A stretch of DNA of 32,000 nucleotides from Wolbachia endosymbiont of Litomosoides sigmodontis (lineage in GTDB: Bacteria > Pseudomonadota > Alphaproteobacteria > Rickettsiales > Anaplasmataceae): positions 450,001-482,000 of the forward strand of contig NZ_CP046577.1 of the NCBI RefSeq assembly GCF_013365435.1. Reading direction: 5' to 3'. Below the pieces are notes generated by a model, which worked only from the letters and a program-made list of their open reading frames with translations, was not told the origin of the DNA and made no database searches. Below are positions 18,986 to 27,318 of the stretch, one piece after another. Position 1 is the first letter of the stretch. Each line of letters begins with the position of its first letter. The position numbers and the translations under genes were made by a program.

Positions 18986-19786
18986 GGTGATTACTTAGTA
19001 ATTAAAGCTCCAGAAAATGTTTATAAATGCTCAAGACGAGCAATAATTGAAAGATTGGTTCTTCTACTCGTATTGAAGTGGCAAAACTATCAGATCGTGA
19101 AGTTGAGCGATTGTTATCCCAAACTTGATGCACACTCATTTCGCCTCGAGATGAATAAGAAATAGCTGTATATGCCTATGTATGCGGGAAAGCACTTTAA
19201 AACTTTGAAAATATACTATTTACGGAGAGCATTATAGATTAATTTCATATTTAGCTTTTACAATTTTTACTAGAGATCAGAGGTACATGAGAGAATATAA
19301 GAAATTTCCTAGTTATATTAAGGAGTTTGATGAATTTGGAGATAGCCTTAAGTATCATTTTTGAAAATGTAAGAACTTTGCTCATTAGACTAGCCAGCAT
19401 TAAAAGATAAACTATTACACTCTCTATTAATTAGAGATATCTTTGCGTCGCACTTAACAATCTTTTTAAAACTAGAAGCTATGACTTTAGCCTATGGCTC
19501 ATGTTCTTTTTAAGATCGCTATAAAAGTAAAGATCTCACCTCGAGTAAAGGGTATTACATGAAAATTAGCTTTACTTAGCAAACATGAACGTTTTACAGT
19601 ACAGGATTTAGAAAAAATTATTAAAACACAAAATAGAAATTTTAAAAAAGCACGTATCCAATCTTGTAAAGAAGAATCACATCATTTAGCCTAGAAAAGG
19701 CAAAGCAATTTGGTATGTAGCTCAATAAGAAAATTTTATATCTTATAAAAATGACAAAGCTTCAAAAAAAGCCTAATATAAGCTTT

Positions 19787-20581
19787 ATGAAAATCAGAAT
19801 TGGAGTAATGGGCTGCTCAGGTAAAATGGGTAAAAAGATACTTAATGAATTAATTACAAATACCAAAGTTGAAATAGCAGGCGCTGTTGCCCGTTTGGGT
19901 AGTAAGTATATAGGTACAGATATTGGATCAATTATAGGCCACAGTTCCAATTTAGGAATCAAAGTTACAAGTTCTATTAGTGATGTATTTGAGTCATCTG
20001 ACGTTGTAATAGATTTTACAACTAAAGAATGTATGTTAGCCTACCTTAAGGCGGCTGTGAAATTTAAAACACCGCTGGTTAGTGGTACAACTGGAGTAGA
20101 AAGTATCAATTTAAAAAAGTATGCCGCTAAAATTCCGATATTATGGTCGGCAAACATGAGTGTTGGAGTTAATGTGCTGCTAAAATTGGTAAAAAAAGCT
20201 GCTGAGTTTTTGAATCATGAATATGATGTTGAAATTTGGGAGATACATCATAACTTTAAAAAAGATTCACCATCTGGAACAGCTATAGAATTTGGCAAAG
20301 CAATTGCCAACGCTCTAAAAATTGATTTTCAATTACACCAACATTTACATAATAAGTCAAACATAAGAGAAAAAGGAAAGATAGGTTTCGCAGTATCTCG
20401 TGGAGGTGGGGTAATAGGAGATCATAGTGTAATGTTTATCAATTCTGATGAACGAATAGAATTAAATCACAAAGCAATTGATCGCACAACATTTGCTAAA
20501 GGGGCTGTTCGAGCAGCAATATGGCTGTACGAAAATAAAAAAGAAACCCCAGGGCTCTATTCAATGCAGGATGTGATATGA
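19787..20581 (+). CDS. dapB: 4-hydroxy-tetrahydrodipicolinate reductase
   Basis: The ORF is open from 19751, but homologues start at [16 protein letters not shown] (the NAD(P)-binding GxxGxxG), which is the ATG at 19787. The conserved [15 protein letters not shown] motif is present, and the stop overlaps the pstB start. Confidence 0.9.
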   Translation: MKIRIGVMGCSGKMGKKILNELITNTKVEIAGAVARLGSKYIGTDIGSIIGHSSNLGIKVTSSISDVFESSDVVIDFTTKECMLAYLKAAVKFKTPLVSGTTGVESINLKKYAAKIPILWSANMSVGVNVLLKLVKKAAEFLNHEYDVEIWEIHHNFKKDSPSGTAIEFGKAIANALKIDFQLHQHLHNKSNIREKGKIGFAVSRGGGVIGDHSVMFINSDERIELNHKAIDRTTFAKGAVRAAIWLYENKKETPGLYSMQDVI

Positions 20582-21336
20582 ATAATACACACGCTTCTGT
20601 TAAAAATTTAAATCTCTGGTATGGTCCTAAGCAAGTTTTATTTGATATAAATTTGGATATTTGTAAGAAAAAAGTTACTACTTTTATCGGGCCATCTGGA
20701 TGTGGTAAATCGACATTCTTGCGCTGTTTTAATCATATGAATGATTATGTACCAGGGTGTAAAGTTGCTGGCAAATTAGATATTGACGGACTAGGTGATA
20801 TATATTCACGCAATATGGATGTTGTGCTACTTAGAGCAAAAGTTGGTATGGTATTTCAAAAGCCAAATCCTTTTCCAAAATCAATATATGACAATGTTGC
20901 TTATGGGCCAAAATTGCATGGCATGGTAAAAAATAAACAAAAATTAGATGAAATAGTGGAGAATAGTTTAACTAAGGTTGGTTTATGGGAAGAGTTAAAA
21001 GATAGATTGCAAGATAGTGCACTAGATTTATCTGGTGGCCAGCAACAAAGGCTATGCATTTCTCGTGCAATTGCAGTGAAGCCAACTATTTTGTTGATGG
21101 ATGAACCATGCTCTGCACTTGATCCAGTGGCAACTAATGCAATCGAAAATCTTATACAAGAGCTGAAATTGAGATTCACCATAATTATGGTGACTCATTC
21201 AATGAAACAAGCTAAAAAGTTATCTGATAGCATAATTTTCTTTTGTAACGGTAAAATTATTGAATCCGGAAATGTTCAAGAGATATTTGAAAATGCTAGA
21301 TCTTCTTTAACAAAAGAGTATATCCTGGATCATTAA
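20578..21336 (+). CDS. pstB: Phosphate ABC transporter ATP-binding protein
   Basis: 252-aa ORF with Walker [10 protein letters not shown], the PstB-typical [10 protein letters not shown], the ABC signature [14 protein letters not shown] and Walker B ILLMDEP. Confidence 0.93.
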   Translation: MNNTHASVKNLNLWYGPKQVLFDINLDICKKKVTTFIGPSGCGKSTFLRCFNHMNDYVPGCKVAGKLDIDGLGDIYSRNMDVVLLRAKVGMVFQKPNPFPKSIYDNVAYGPKLHGMVKNKQKLDEIVENSLTKVGLWEELKDRLQDSALDLSGGQQQRLCISRAIAVKPTILLMDEPCSALDPVATNAIENLIQELKLRFTIIMVTHSMKQAKKLSDSIIFFCNGKIIESGNVQEIFENARSSLTKEYILDH

Positions 21337-21420
21337 GATTTATCATTTTCATTATCCAAGTAACAAAAAGAAAAAATACACACTGGTACAACACTTTTTG
21401 TTATCAGGCCAAATAAGTGA

Positions 21421-21640
21421 CATTGTAAAATTGTTTAATTACGGAGTGAGAAAGAGAAGCAATAAATTTACATAAAGCATTCTCAAGTAAAGCAATTGTA
21501 TTATAGACTTTATTACGTGGTATCTAACTTTCAAATATATGTTAACTGCGATTCACAAAAAAACAACTCTTGTTCACAGGATATTTATCAATAATCTCAT
21601 TAGTTTTTTTAAACTCTTCCTGTCTAACTTTATCTTATTT
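21421..21640 (-). mobile_element. IS630-family relic R7 (3' half)
   Basis: cattgtaaaattgtttaattacggagtgagaaagagaagcaataaatttacataaagcattctcaagtaaagcaattgtattatagactttattacg is the reverse complement of the 3' end seen in R1, R2 and R4. It continues into the same middle segment as R2 (ctcttgttcacagg...ctcattagttttttt). Confidence 0.55.
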
Positions 21641-21691
21641 ATAATATAAGAGTAGTAATACATGGGTAATAAAAATTGTGACAGGTAAAAG

Positions 21692-22867
21692 TTAGAGTAA
21701 ATTTTTAGCATAAAGCATCAGCTCCTTTTTTGTTAAAGTATAGGAACTATCTTCCCAATGTTGTTTTAGTAATTTCAAGTTCTTACCTAAATTTTTTCCT
21801 GGCTGATGACCTATATTTATCAAATCATTACCAGATAAAGGAAATTTCAGAATATTAAATGCCTGAGCAAATGAAATATACTCATCGATATTTGTTCCGG
21901 ATTCAACACCACAGACTTTTACTAAATCGCAGTATAATTCCTTACCAAGTAAAGATATATATTTTTTTTGTTCTTTTTCTGGAAGCTCTGTTTTGATACT
22001 GTTAGATAGTAAAAATAATAGCTTTTTCTTTTGCTTGTTTGAGAGGCGTAGAAATTTACTAACGTATTCTCCAAGACTCTGTCTGTCATTTTTTTTAGTG
22101 GTTCTAAGAAGTAACGCTAATTTTACTAATGCATCAGTGCCAAAAAGAGATGCCGAAGATAGGGTTTCGCATTTTACTTCTTTTGGAATAATTTTTTGTA
22201 AAATATTAGATTTTTGCATGCTCTTAAGCGTTGAAACCGGAGCATCACACTCCAGCAACTTAAACATTTCATCTCTTATTCTCTCTCCTGAAAGGTTATA
22301 AATCTTGTGCGCGTGCTTTTTGCATACATTCAATATTTTATCACTCAAATCTCCAATGCATATTTTTGCATGAAAACGGAACGCTCTTAAAATGCGTAGA
22401 TAGTCTTCTTTAATTCTATCCTCAGCGTTGCCTATAAAATCTAATCTTCGCGCTTTTAAGTCCTGAGTACCACCAAAGTAGTCATATATGTGACCGTACT
22501 TATCTGCATATAGGGCGTTGAATGTAAAGTCGCGTCTTGAAGCATCAGCTTGCCAATTATTGGTAAATTCTACTTTTGCATGCCTACCATTACATTTAAC
22601 ATCATACCTTAGTGTTGTGATTTCAAAGGACCTTTGGTTTAAAACTGCAGCGATAGTTCCATGTTTTAAGCCGATTGGAATAGCTTTTATATTATGAAGT
22701 TTTAATGCTTCAATTGCTTGATCTGGCAGTAAATTGGTAGCTAAGTCAATGTCGTGAACTTTGCGCTGCAGAATTGAATCTCTCACACATCCACCAACAA
22801 GCCTTACCTCACCACCAAATTTCTCTATTGCATTAATGATTAAACTAGTTTCATGATCAACTTGCAT
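21692..22867 (-). CDS. CCA-adding tRNA nucleotidyltransferase / poly(A) polymerase family protein
   Basis: The nucleotidyltransferase head motif is RLVGGCVRDSILQRKVHDIDLAT, followed by RRDFTFNALY and EDYLRILRAFRF. The ORF track extends to a TTG at 23101, which adds 78 non-conserved residues. The ATG at 22865-22867 (MQVDHETSLIINAIEKFGGEVRLVGG) gives the usual spacing before the GG.VRD motif. I cannot separate CCA-adding from PcnB function by eye. Confidence 0.85.
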   Translation of the reverse strand: MQVDHETSLIINAIEKFGGEVRLVGGCVRDSILQRKVHDIDLATNLLPDQAIEALKLHNIKAIPIGLKHGTIAAVLNQRSFEITTLRYDVKCNGRHAKVEFTNNWQADASRRDFTFNALYADKYGHIYDYFGGTQDLKARRLDFIGNAEDRIKEDYLRILRAFRFHAKICIGDLSDKILNVCKKHAHKIYNLSGERIRDEMFKLLECDAPVSTLKSMQKSNILQKIIPKEVKCETLSSASLFGTDALVKLALLLRTTKKNDRQSLGEYVSKFLRLSNKQKKKLLFLLSNSIKTELPEKEQKKYISLLGKELYCDLVKVCGVESGTNIDEYISFAQAFNILKFPLSGNDLINIGHQPGKNLGKNLKLLKQHWEDSSYTLTKKELMLYAKNLL

Positions 22868-23658
22868 TTGGATTGGTATATATTGTGCTATATTACATAA
22901 AATTTTGCAAAAAAGTCCTATATAGGAATATACGAAGCTAACAAGGTTTTTAAAGTCTGTTATTGATGAAATATTTCTATCCTTGTCTCTTTTCATCATA
23001 CCATACTTTGGTAAGCTCAAATAGTTCTGTTCTTTAGAGCGTTTCATATGCTGCAAAATTTTTTTGCTCTTACTTTGCTGAACTTTTATTATTTCTGTCA
23101 AGCATATGGTTAAAAATAGGTATTACCTTTGTTTATTATGTGTATGGTAAGATTGATCGTTATAGTATGGATTACCTATTGATGTACTGCCTCTGAAAAA
23201 CTAATAAGGCTATACTTTTTACAAAGTGTTCTATTTTCAATTTTAGGAGCACCCATCTACTATTATCCAAGATGTTTTTTACATAATTGTCTGCAGTTTC
23301 AACGCAAATATTACCACCTATTATTGTGGCTGCTTACAATTGTATTTCTAAACTATTCTGGTGGATTTTCTGTGCAAATTCTTTGCAGCTTTTCGCAATT
23401 GCTCTACGGTAACTTTAATTACATTCTATTATTTCATGCTTTATCTGAATAAGTTAAAGAATAACTACCATTACTAATTGCTTATTCTACATGGGAATTC
23501 CCATGGTAATGGATGATACTTAAATAAGCTTGTAATCATAATTTATCACTTTAATTCAAACTACACATTACTATATCAATGAAATTGATAATAAATAGCT
23601 AATTAAATATAGCAAAAATTCTTAAATTATGCAATAGTTATAGTTTTATATGGTAAAC

Positions 23659-24744
23659 ATGAGCTTTAACTGTGGTATAATTGGATTACCAAACATAGGA
23701 AAGTCAACTTTATTTAACGCGCTTACACAATCAAGTGCAGCTGGAACTGCAAATTATCCTTTTTGTACAATAGAGCCAAATATTGGCAGAGTGCCAATAA
23801 AAGATCAGCGTTTGAAACAAATTGCGGAGATTGCCAGTTCAGAAAAGATAATCTACAATCAACTAGAAGTCGTAGATATTGCGGGTCTGGTAAAGGGTGC
23901 AAGCAAAGGTGAAGGGCTCGGTAATAAATTTTTAAGTCATATCAGAAAAGTTGATGCTATCGTTCATCTGCTTAGGTGCTTTATAGATGATGATATTAAC
24001 CATGTGCATAATGAAGTAGATCCAATATCAGATGCTGAGGTGGTAGAAATGGAATTGATTTTGTCTGATATTGATAGCATAGAAAAAAGGCTACCTCAAT
24101 TGGAAAAGAAGGCAAAGCATGGTAACAAAGAATTAAAAAGACAACTTGATTTGATGCAGGAGGTTTTAGCTATTTTGAAACTTGGTAAACCTGCAAGAAG
24201 TTTAGAATGTGATGAAATGAAGTCATTCCAATTGCTGACAACAAAGCCTGTTATGTACGTCTGTAATGTTGAAGATACAAACATTATAACGGGCAATGAA
24301 CTATCTAGAAGGGTGGAAAAAATGGCAAGAGCGAGCAAAAGTAAATTTTGTTGTATCTCGGCAAAACTTGAGTCAGATATTGCAAATCTTAAGAGTGAGG
24401 AAGAAAAACAGAGTTTTTTGTCAGAATTTGGCCTGCAAGAATCAGGACTTAATGGAGTAGCACATATTATGTATGAAATGCTGAGCATGATAAACTTTTT
24501 TACTGTGGGACCAGAGGAAGCACGAGCGTGGCCAATAAAAATAGGATCGACTGCTGATAAAGCGGCAGGTGTAATTCACACTGATTTTGAAAAGGGCTTT
24601 ATAAAAGCAAAAACGATAAGTTTTGCAGACTATGTAAAGTATGAAGGCGAATCTGCTTGTAAAGACGCAGGTAAAATTCGCTTTGAAGGCAAAGATTATA
24701 TCGTACAAGACGGTGATATAATACACTTTAGGTTTAATGTGTAA
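23659..24744 (+). CDS. ychF: Ribosome-binding ATPase YchF (Obg-family GTPase)
   Basis: MSFNCGIIGLPNIGKSTLFNALT (G1), the DIAGLVKGASKGEGLGN motif and a C-terminal TGS-like domain (DFEKGFIKAKTISFADY...GKDYIVQDGDIIHFRFNV). The ORF is open from the ATG at 23650, three codons upstream. Confidence 0.93.
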   Translation: MSFNCGIIGLPNIGKSTLFNALTQSSAAGTANYPFCTIEPNIGRVPIKDQRLKQIAEIASSEKIIYNQLEVVDIAGLVKGASKGEGLGNKFLSHIRKVDAIVHLLRCFIDDDINHVHNEVDPISDAEVVEMELILSDIDSIEKRLPQLEKKAKHGNKELKRQLDLMQEVLAILKLGKPARSLECDEMKSFQLLTTKPVMYVCNVEDTNIITGNELSRRVEKMARASKSKFCCISAKLESDIANLKSEEEKQSFLSEFGLQESGLNGVAHIMYEMLSMINFFTVGPEEARAWPIKIGSTADKAAGVIHTDFEKGFIKAKTISFADYVKYEGESACKDAGKIRFEGKDYIVQDGDIIHFRFNV

Positions 24745-25801
24745 TAGTTCCTTGCTGAAGGAAAGAAATTCCTTTTTCTACAGTTATTTTCTTATCAATA
24801 GTAGAGTTAGGTGTACTGATAACGATATTCTCATGTGGCTGTGTATCCTTCTTTTCCTCATATAATGTTTGCTGAACTAGACATTTTCTTAGAACTTCAT
24901 GTAAAGCTTTACCTTTTATAAGCATAGCTTCGTTTTGCTTAGCTAGTTCTAAAATGTCCTTTAGTTCAACATTTTTACCATCAATAGTTAGCTTTCCAAT
25001 ATTAATTTGACCAGAATTTATATTTAAAACGGCAACACAGTTAAGATCTTTTCCAGATTTATCTTCTGTGCCCCAACTAATTTCAATATCACATATTGCA
25101 AGTTCTGCAAAAAAGTAATTTCTCTGCTGTTTCTCATTTTTCTTAATTGTCACTATTCTTTTGCCATTGCTGTATATTTTTACTCTTTTTAGCTCGCTTT
25201 TACTTCTTTCCATTTTTTTAGTTTTTTTAGTGAAAAGATGACTAATTTCTAAAGTCTGTTCAGGTTCAGTAATGTTAATATTAAGATTTTTATAGATATT
25301 ACAATTGTGTCCTTGGCACGCTGTGTGATATCCATTAAAGAAAGCAGCTAAATCACTATTTAAAAATTCTTTTGCATCAAGTTCTCCTTTATTAACTCTA
25401 TTCAAATATATGTTCATCCTTTCTATAAACTTTTCTTGAGCTTGAACATCACACTTCTTACTTACTATGTCGATTATCTTTTCTGACTGCCACTTGTCCC
25501 GTAGCATAGCAATAAAAAGGAAAACGTTCTTATTTCTTCCATAGTACTTTGCTATTTTATCAAATGGATTTGCCTCTTTACCTTCATTATAATTCATGCT
25601 ATATAAAGGATAATTAAATGGTCCATTTGAGAAATCTAAGTTATCAAAGTCTGACAGTACGCTTTGTACCTCAGGATTATTATCAAATTTATGCTCGTCT
25701 TGAAGAATTCCTTGTATGATCAATTTCTCTTGTGAAGCAATGTTGCTATTTGTATTTCCTGAAGAAGATTTTAATTCCCTAACCCATTCAAGTGACCCCA
25801 T
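24734..25801 (-). CDS. Hypothetical protein, 355 aa, no recognisable domain (lineage-specific orphan)
   Basis: An uninterrupted 1068-nt ORF in an AT-rich genome, where stop codons are frequent. It has an ATG start with AAGGGG 7 nt upstream. No TM helix or signal peptide is visible, and the sequence is Lys/Asn/Glu-rich. Its 3' end overlaps the ychF 3' end by 11 nt. Confidence 0.7.
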   Translation of the reverse strand: MGSLEWVRELKSSSGNTNSNIASQEKLIIQGILQDEHKFDNNPEVQSVLSDFDNLDFSNGPFNYPLYSMNYNEGKEANPFDKIAKYYGRNKNVFLFIAMLRDKWQSEKIIDIVSKKCDVQAQEKFIERMNIYLNRVNKGELDAKEFLNSDLAAFFNGYHTACQGHNCNIYKNLNINITEPEQTLEISHLFTKKTKKMERSKSELKRVKIYSNGKRIVTIKKNEKQQRNYFFAELAICDIEISWGTEDKSGKDLNCVAVLNINSGQINIGKLTIDGKNVELKDILELAKQNEAMLIKGKALHEVLRKCLVQQTLYEEKKDTQPHENIVISTPNSTIDKKITVEKGISFLQQGTITH

Positions 25802-25894
25802 CTTGTACCCCTTTTCAATTATAAATAAAGCTAGTATGTTTTAATGCTAGTGCATTGTAAAGCTAAAATTTAGATATGTTAAAATTTAAGGAGA

Positions 25895-26824
25895 TTAGCA
25901 TAAATTGTGTGTTGTTTGCAATTTTATCACCTTATTATGTAACATTATTAAAGAACTAATTGAGCAGGTGTCATAATTAAATTTAACTCCATTTACAAGC
26001 TCTCCGTTTGTTACTCCAGTTGCAATAAACACTGACTCACCTTTTACCATATCTTTTACAGAGTAGATTTTTTCTGGATCATAGATATTCAAATTTCTTG
26101 TTGCTTTTTCTTTTGACTGGTCTGTATCAAGTATTAATCTCCCCTCCATTTGTCCTCCTATTGAACTTAATGCTGTAGCTGCAAGCACTCCTTCTGGTGC
26201 TCCTCCTATGCCGATATATATATCGTGGCTGCCATTAATTAATGAAATTACAGCGGTAATATCACCATCGTCTATCAACTTAACTTTTGCTCCTAACTTC
26301 CTGATTCTTGCTATTAACTTATTGTGCCTCTCACGTTTAAGTATAGTTACTGTAAGATCATTTACTTTACATTTTTTTGCCTTGGCCAGATTATTCAAAT
26401 TCTCTTCAACACTATTTTTAAGTGAAACTATACCTGTTGGAAGATTTTTTCCTACCGCTATCTTCTCCATATAAACATCTGGCATATATAAAAAATTACC
26501 TTTTTTTGTTACGGCAAGGACGGACATTGCACCTTGTTTATAGTTAGCACAAATTGTAGTGCCTTCAAGTGGATCAACAGCGATATCAATCTCAGGACCG
26601 TTTCCAGTGCCAACCTTTTCTTCAATATATAGCATCGGTGCTTTATCTCTCTCACCTTCACCAATTACAATTGTACCATTTATTTCCATCGAATTTAGCA
26701 CTGTCCGCATTGCATCAACTGCAACCTGATCGGCTTTTTTTTCATCACCTAAACCCACTAACTTATATGCTGCAAGTGCTGCAGCTTCAGTTACTTTAAC
26801 TAATTTAAATGCTAGATCTTTCAT
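25895..26824 (-). CDS. glpX: Fructose-1,6-bisphosphatase class II
   Basis: MKDLAFKLVKVTEAAALAAYKLVGLGDEKKADQVAVDAMR aligns with the GlpX N-terminus. IVIGEGERDKAPMLYIEEKVGTG, DPLEGTT and GIGGAPEGV are also present. The track start at 26842 is a TTG; the ATG at 26822-26824 fits homologues better. Confidence 0.92.
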   Translation of the reverse strand: MKDLAFKLVKVTEAAALAAYKLVGLGDEKKADQVAVDAMRTVLNSMEINGTIVIGEGERDKAPMLYIEEKVGTGNGPEIDIAVDPLEGTTICANYKQGAMSVLAVTKKGNFLYMPDVYMEKIAVGKNLPTGIVSLKNSVEENLNNLAKAKKCKVNDLTVTILKRERHNKLIARIRKLGAKVKLIDDGDITAVISLINGSHDIYIGIGGAPEGVLAATALSSIGGQMEGRLILDTDQSKEKATRNLNIYDPEKIYSVKDMVKGESVFIATGVTNGELVNGVKFNYDTCSISSLIMLHNKVIKLQTTHNLC

Positions 26825-26916
26825 TATTTTATCGAGAACCAAGTATTTATTGTATATTATACCATTTAAAACTGCAAGATATTTTGACTAATTGTAAAGA
26901 AGTTACATCAATTTTC

Positions 26917-27225
26917 ACTGTGTGCTGAAATAAGCAAAATAGCGAGGTTTAAATAGCATTGTAATCAGAATTATTGAAGGAAAAAGTTATGAATCAGCAA
27001 AAGAAATTCTGAAGAAAGTGCGAAATAACGCATATATTGCAAAGAAATTAGATACTATAATTGCAGCAAAAAGCATATCAAGAACAGCACTAACTGTATG
27101 GATAAAATATTTAAAAACTTTGAAGAAAAGGAAAAATTATTTGTTCTTTTTAACGTTGTAGAAAAACTCTCTTGAATCAGAGTCAATTTGAATAAAGTTG
27201 AAGTATGATATAACCCTAGATATAA
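26917..27225 (+). mobile_element. IS630-family relic R8 (5' HTH region)
   Basis: gtgctgaaataagcaaaatagcgaggtttaaatagcattgtaatcagaattattgaagg ... atatcaagaacagcactaactgtatggataaaatatttaaaa ... cagagtcaatttgaataaagttgaagtatga is colinear with R3 and R6. There are many stops. Confidence 0.6.
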
Positions 27226-27318
27226 CTAGTGTCTTTTAAAAGAAGAAAAATTAATAATGATTGTAGTACGTATACCAATTAGTAAGACTAAATAACATTC
27301 TCTTGCAGTCAAGTTCCA

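Noticed and set aside
18187-19548. A shared 11-mer, acctcgagtaa, at 18187-18197 (inside the pseudogene) and 19538-19548. It hinted at a second paralogous pseudogene fragment (VIFITRGTT versus VIPFTRGEI).
   Set aside because: Similarity does not extend beyond about 15 nt. Exact 11-mer repeats are expected by chance many times in a 32-kb AT-rich window.
22868-23101. A 78-codon N-terminal extension of the CCA/poly(A) polymerase family ORF, starting at a TTG.
   Set aside because: The extension is Lys/Ser-rich and unlike the family. The conserved GG.VRD head motif is at normal distance from the internal ATG at 22867. It is most likely non-coding upstream sequence that happens to be open. A real lineage-specific extension cannot be fully excluded without orthologue alignment.
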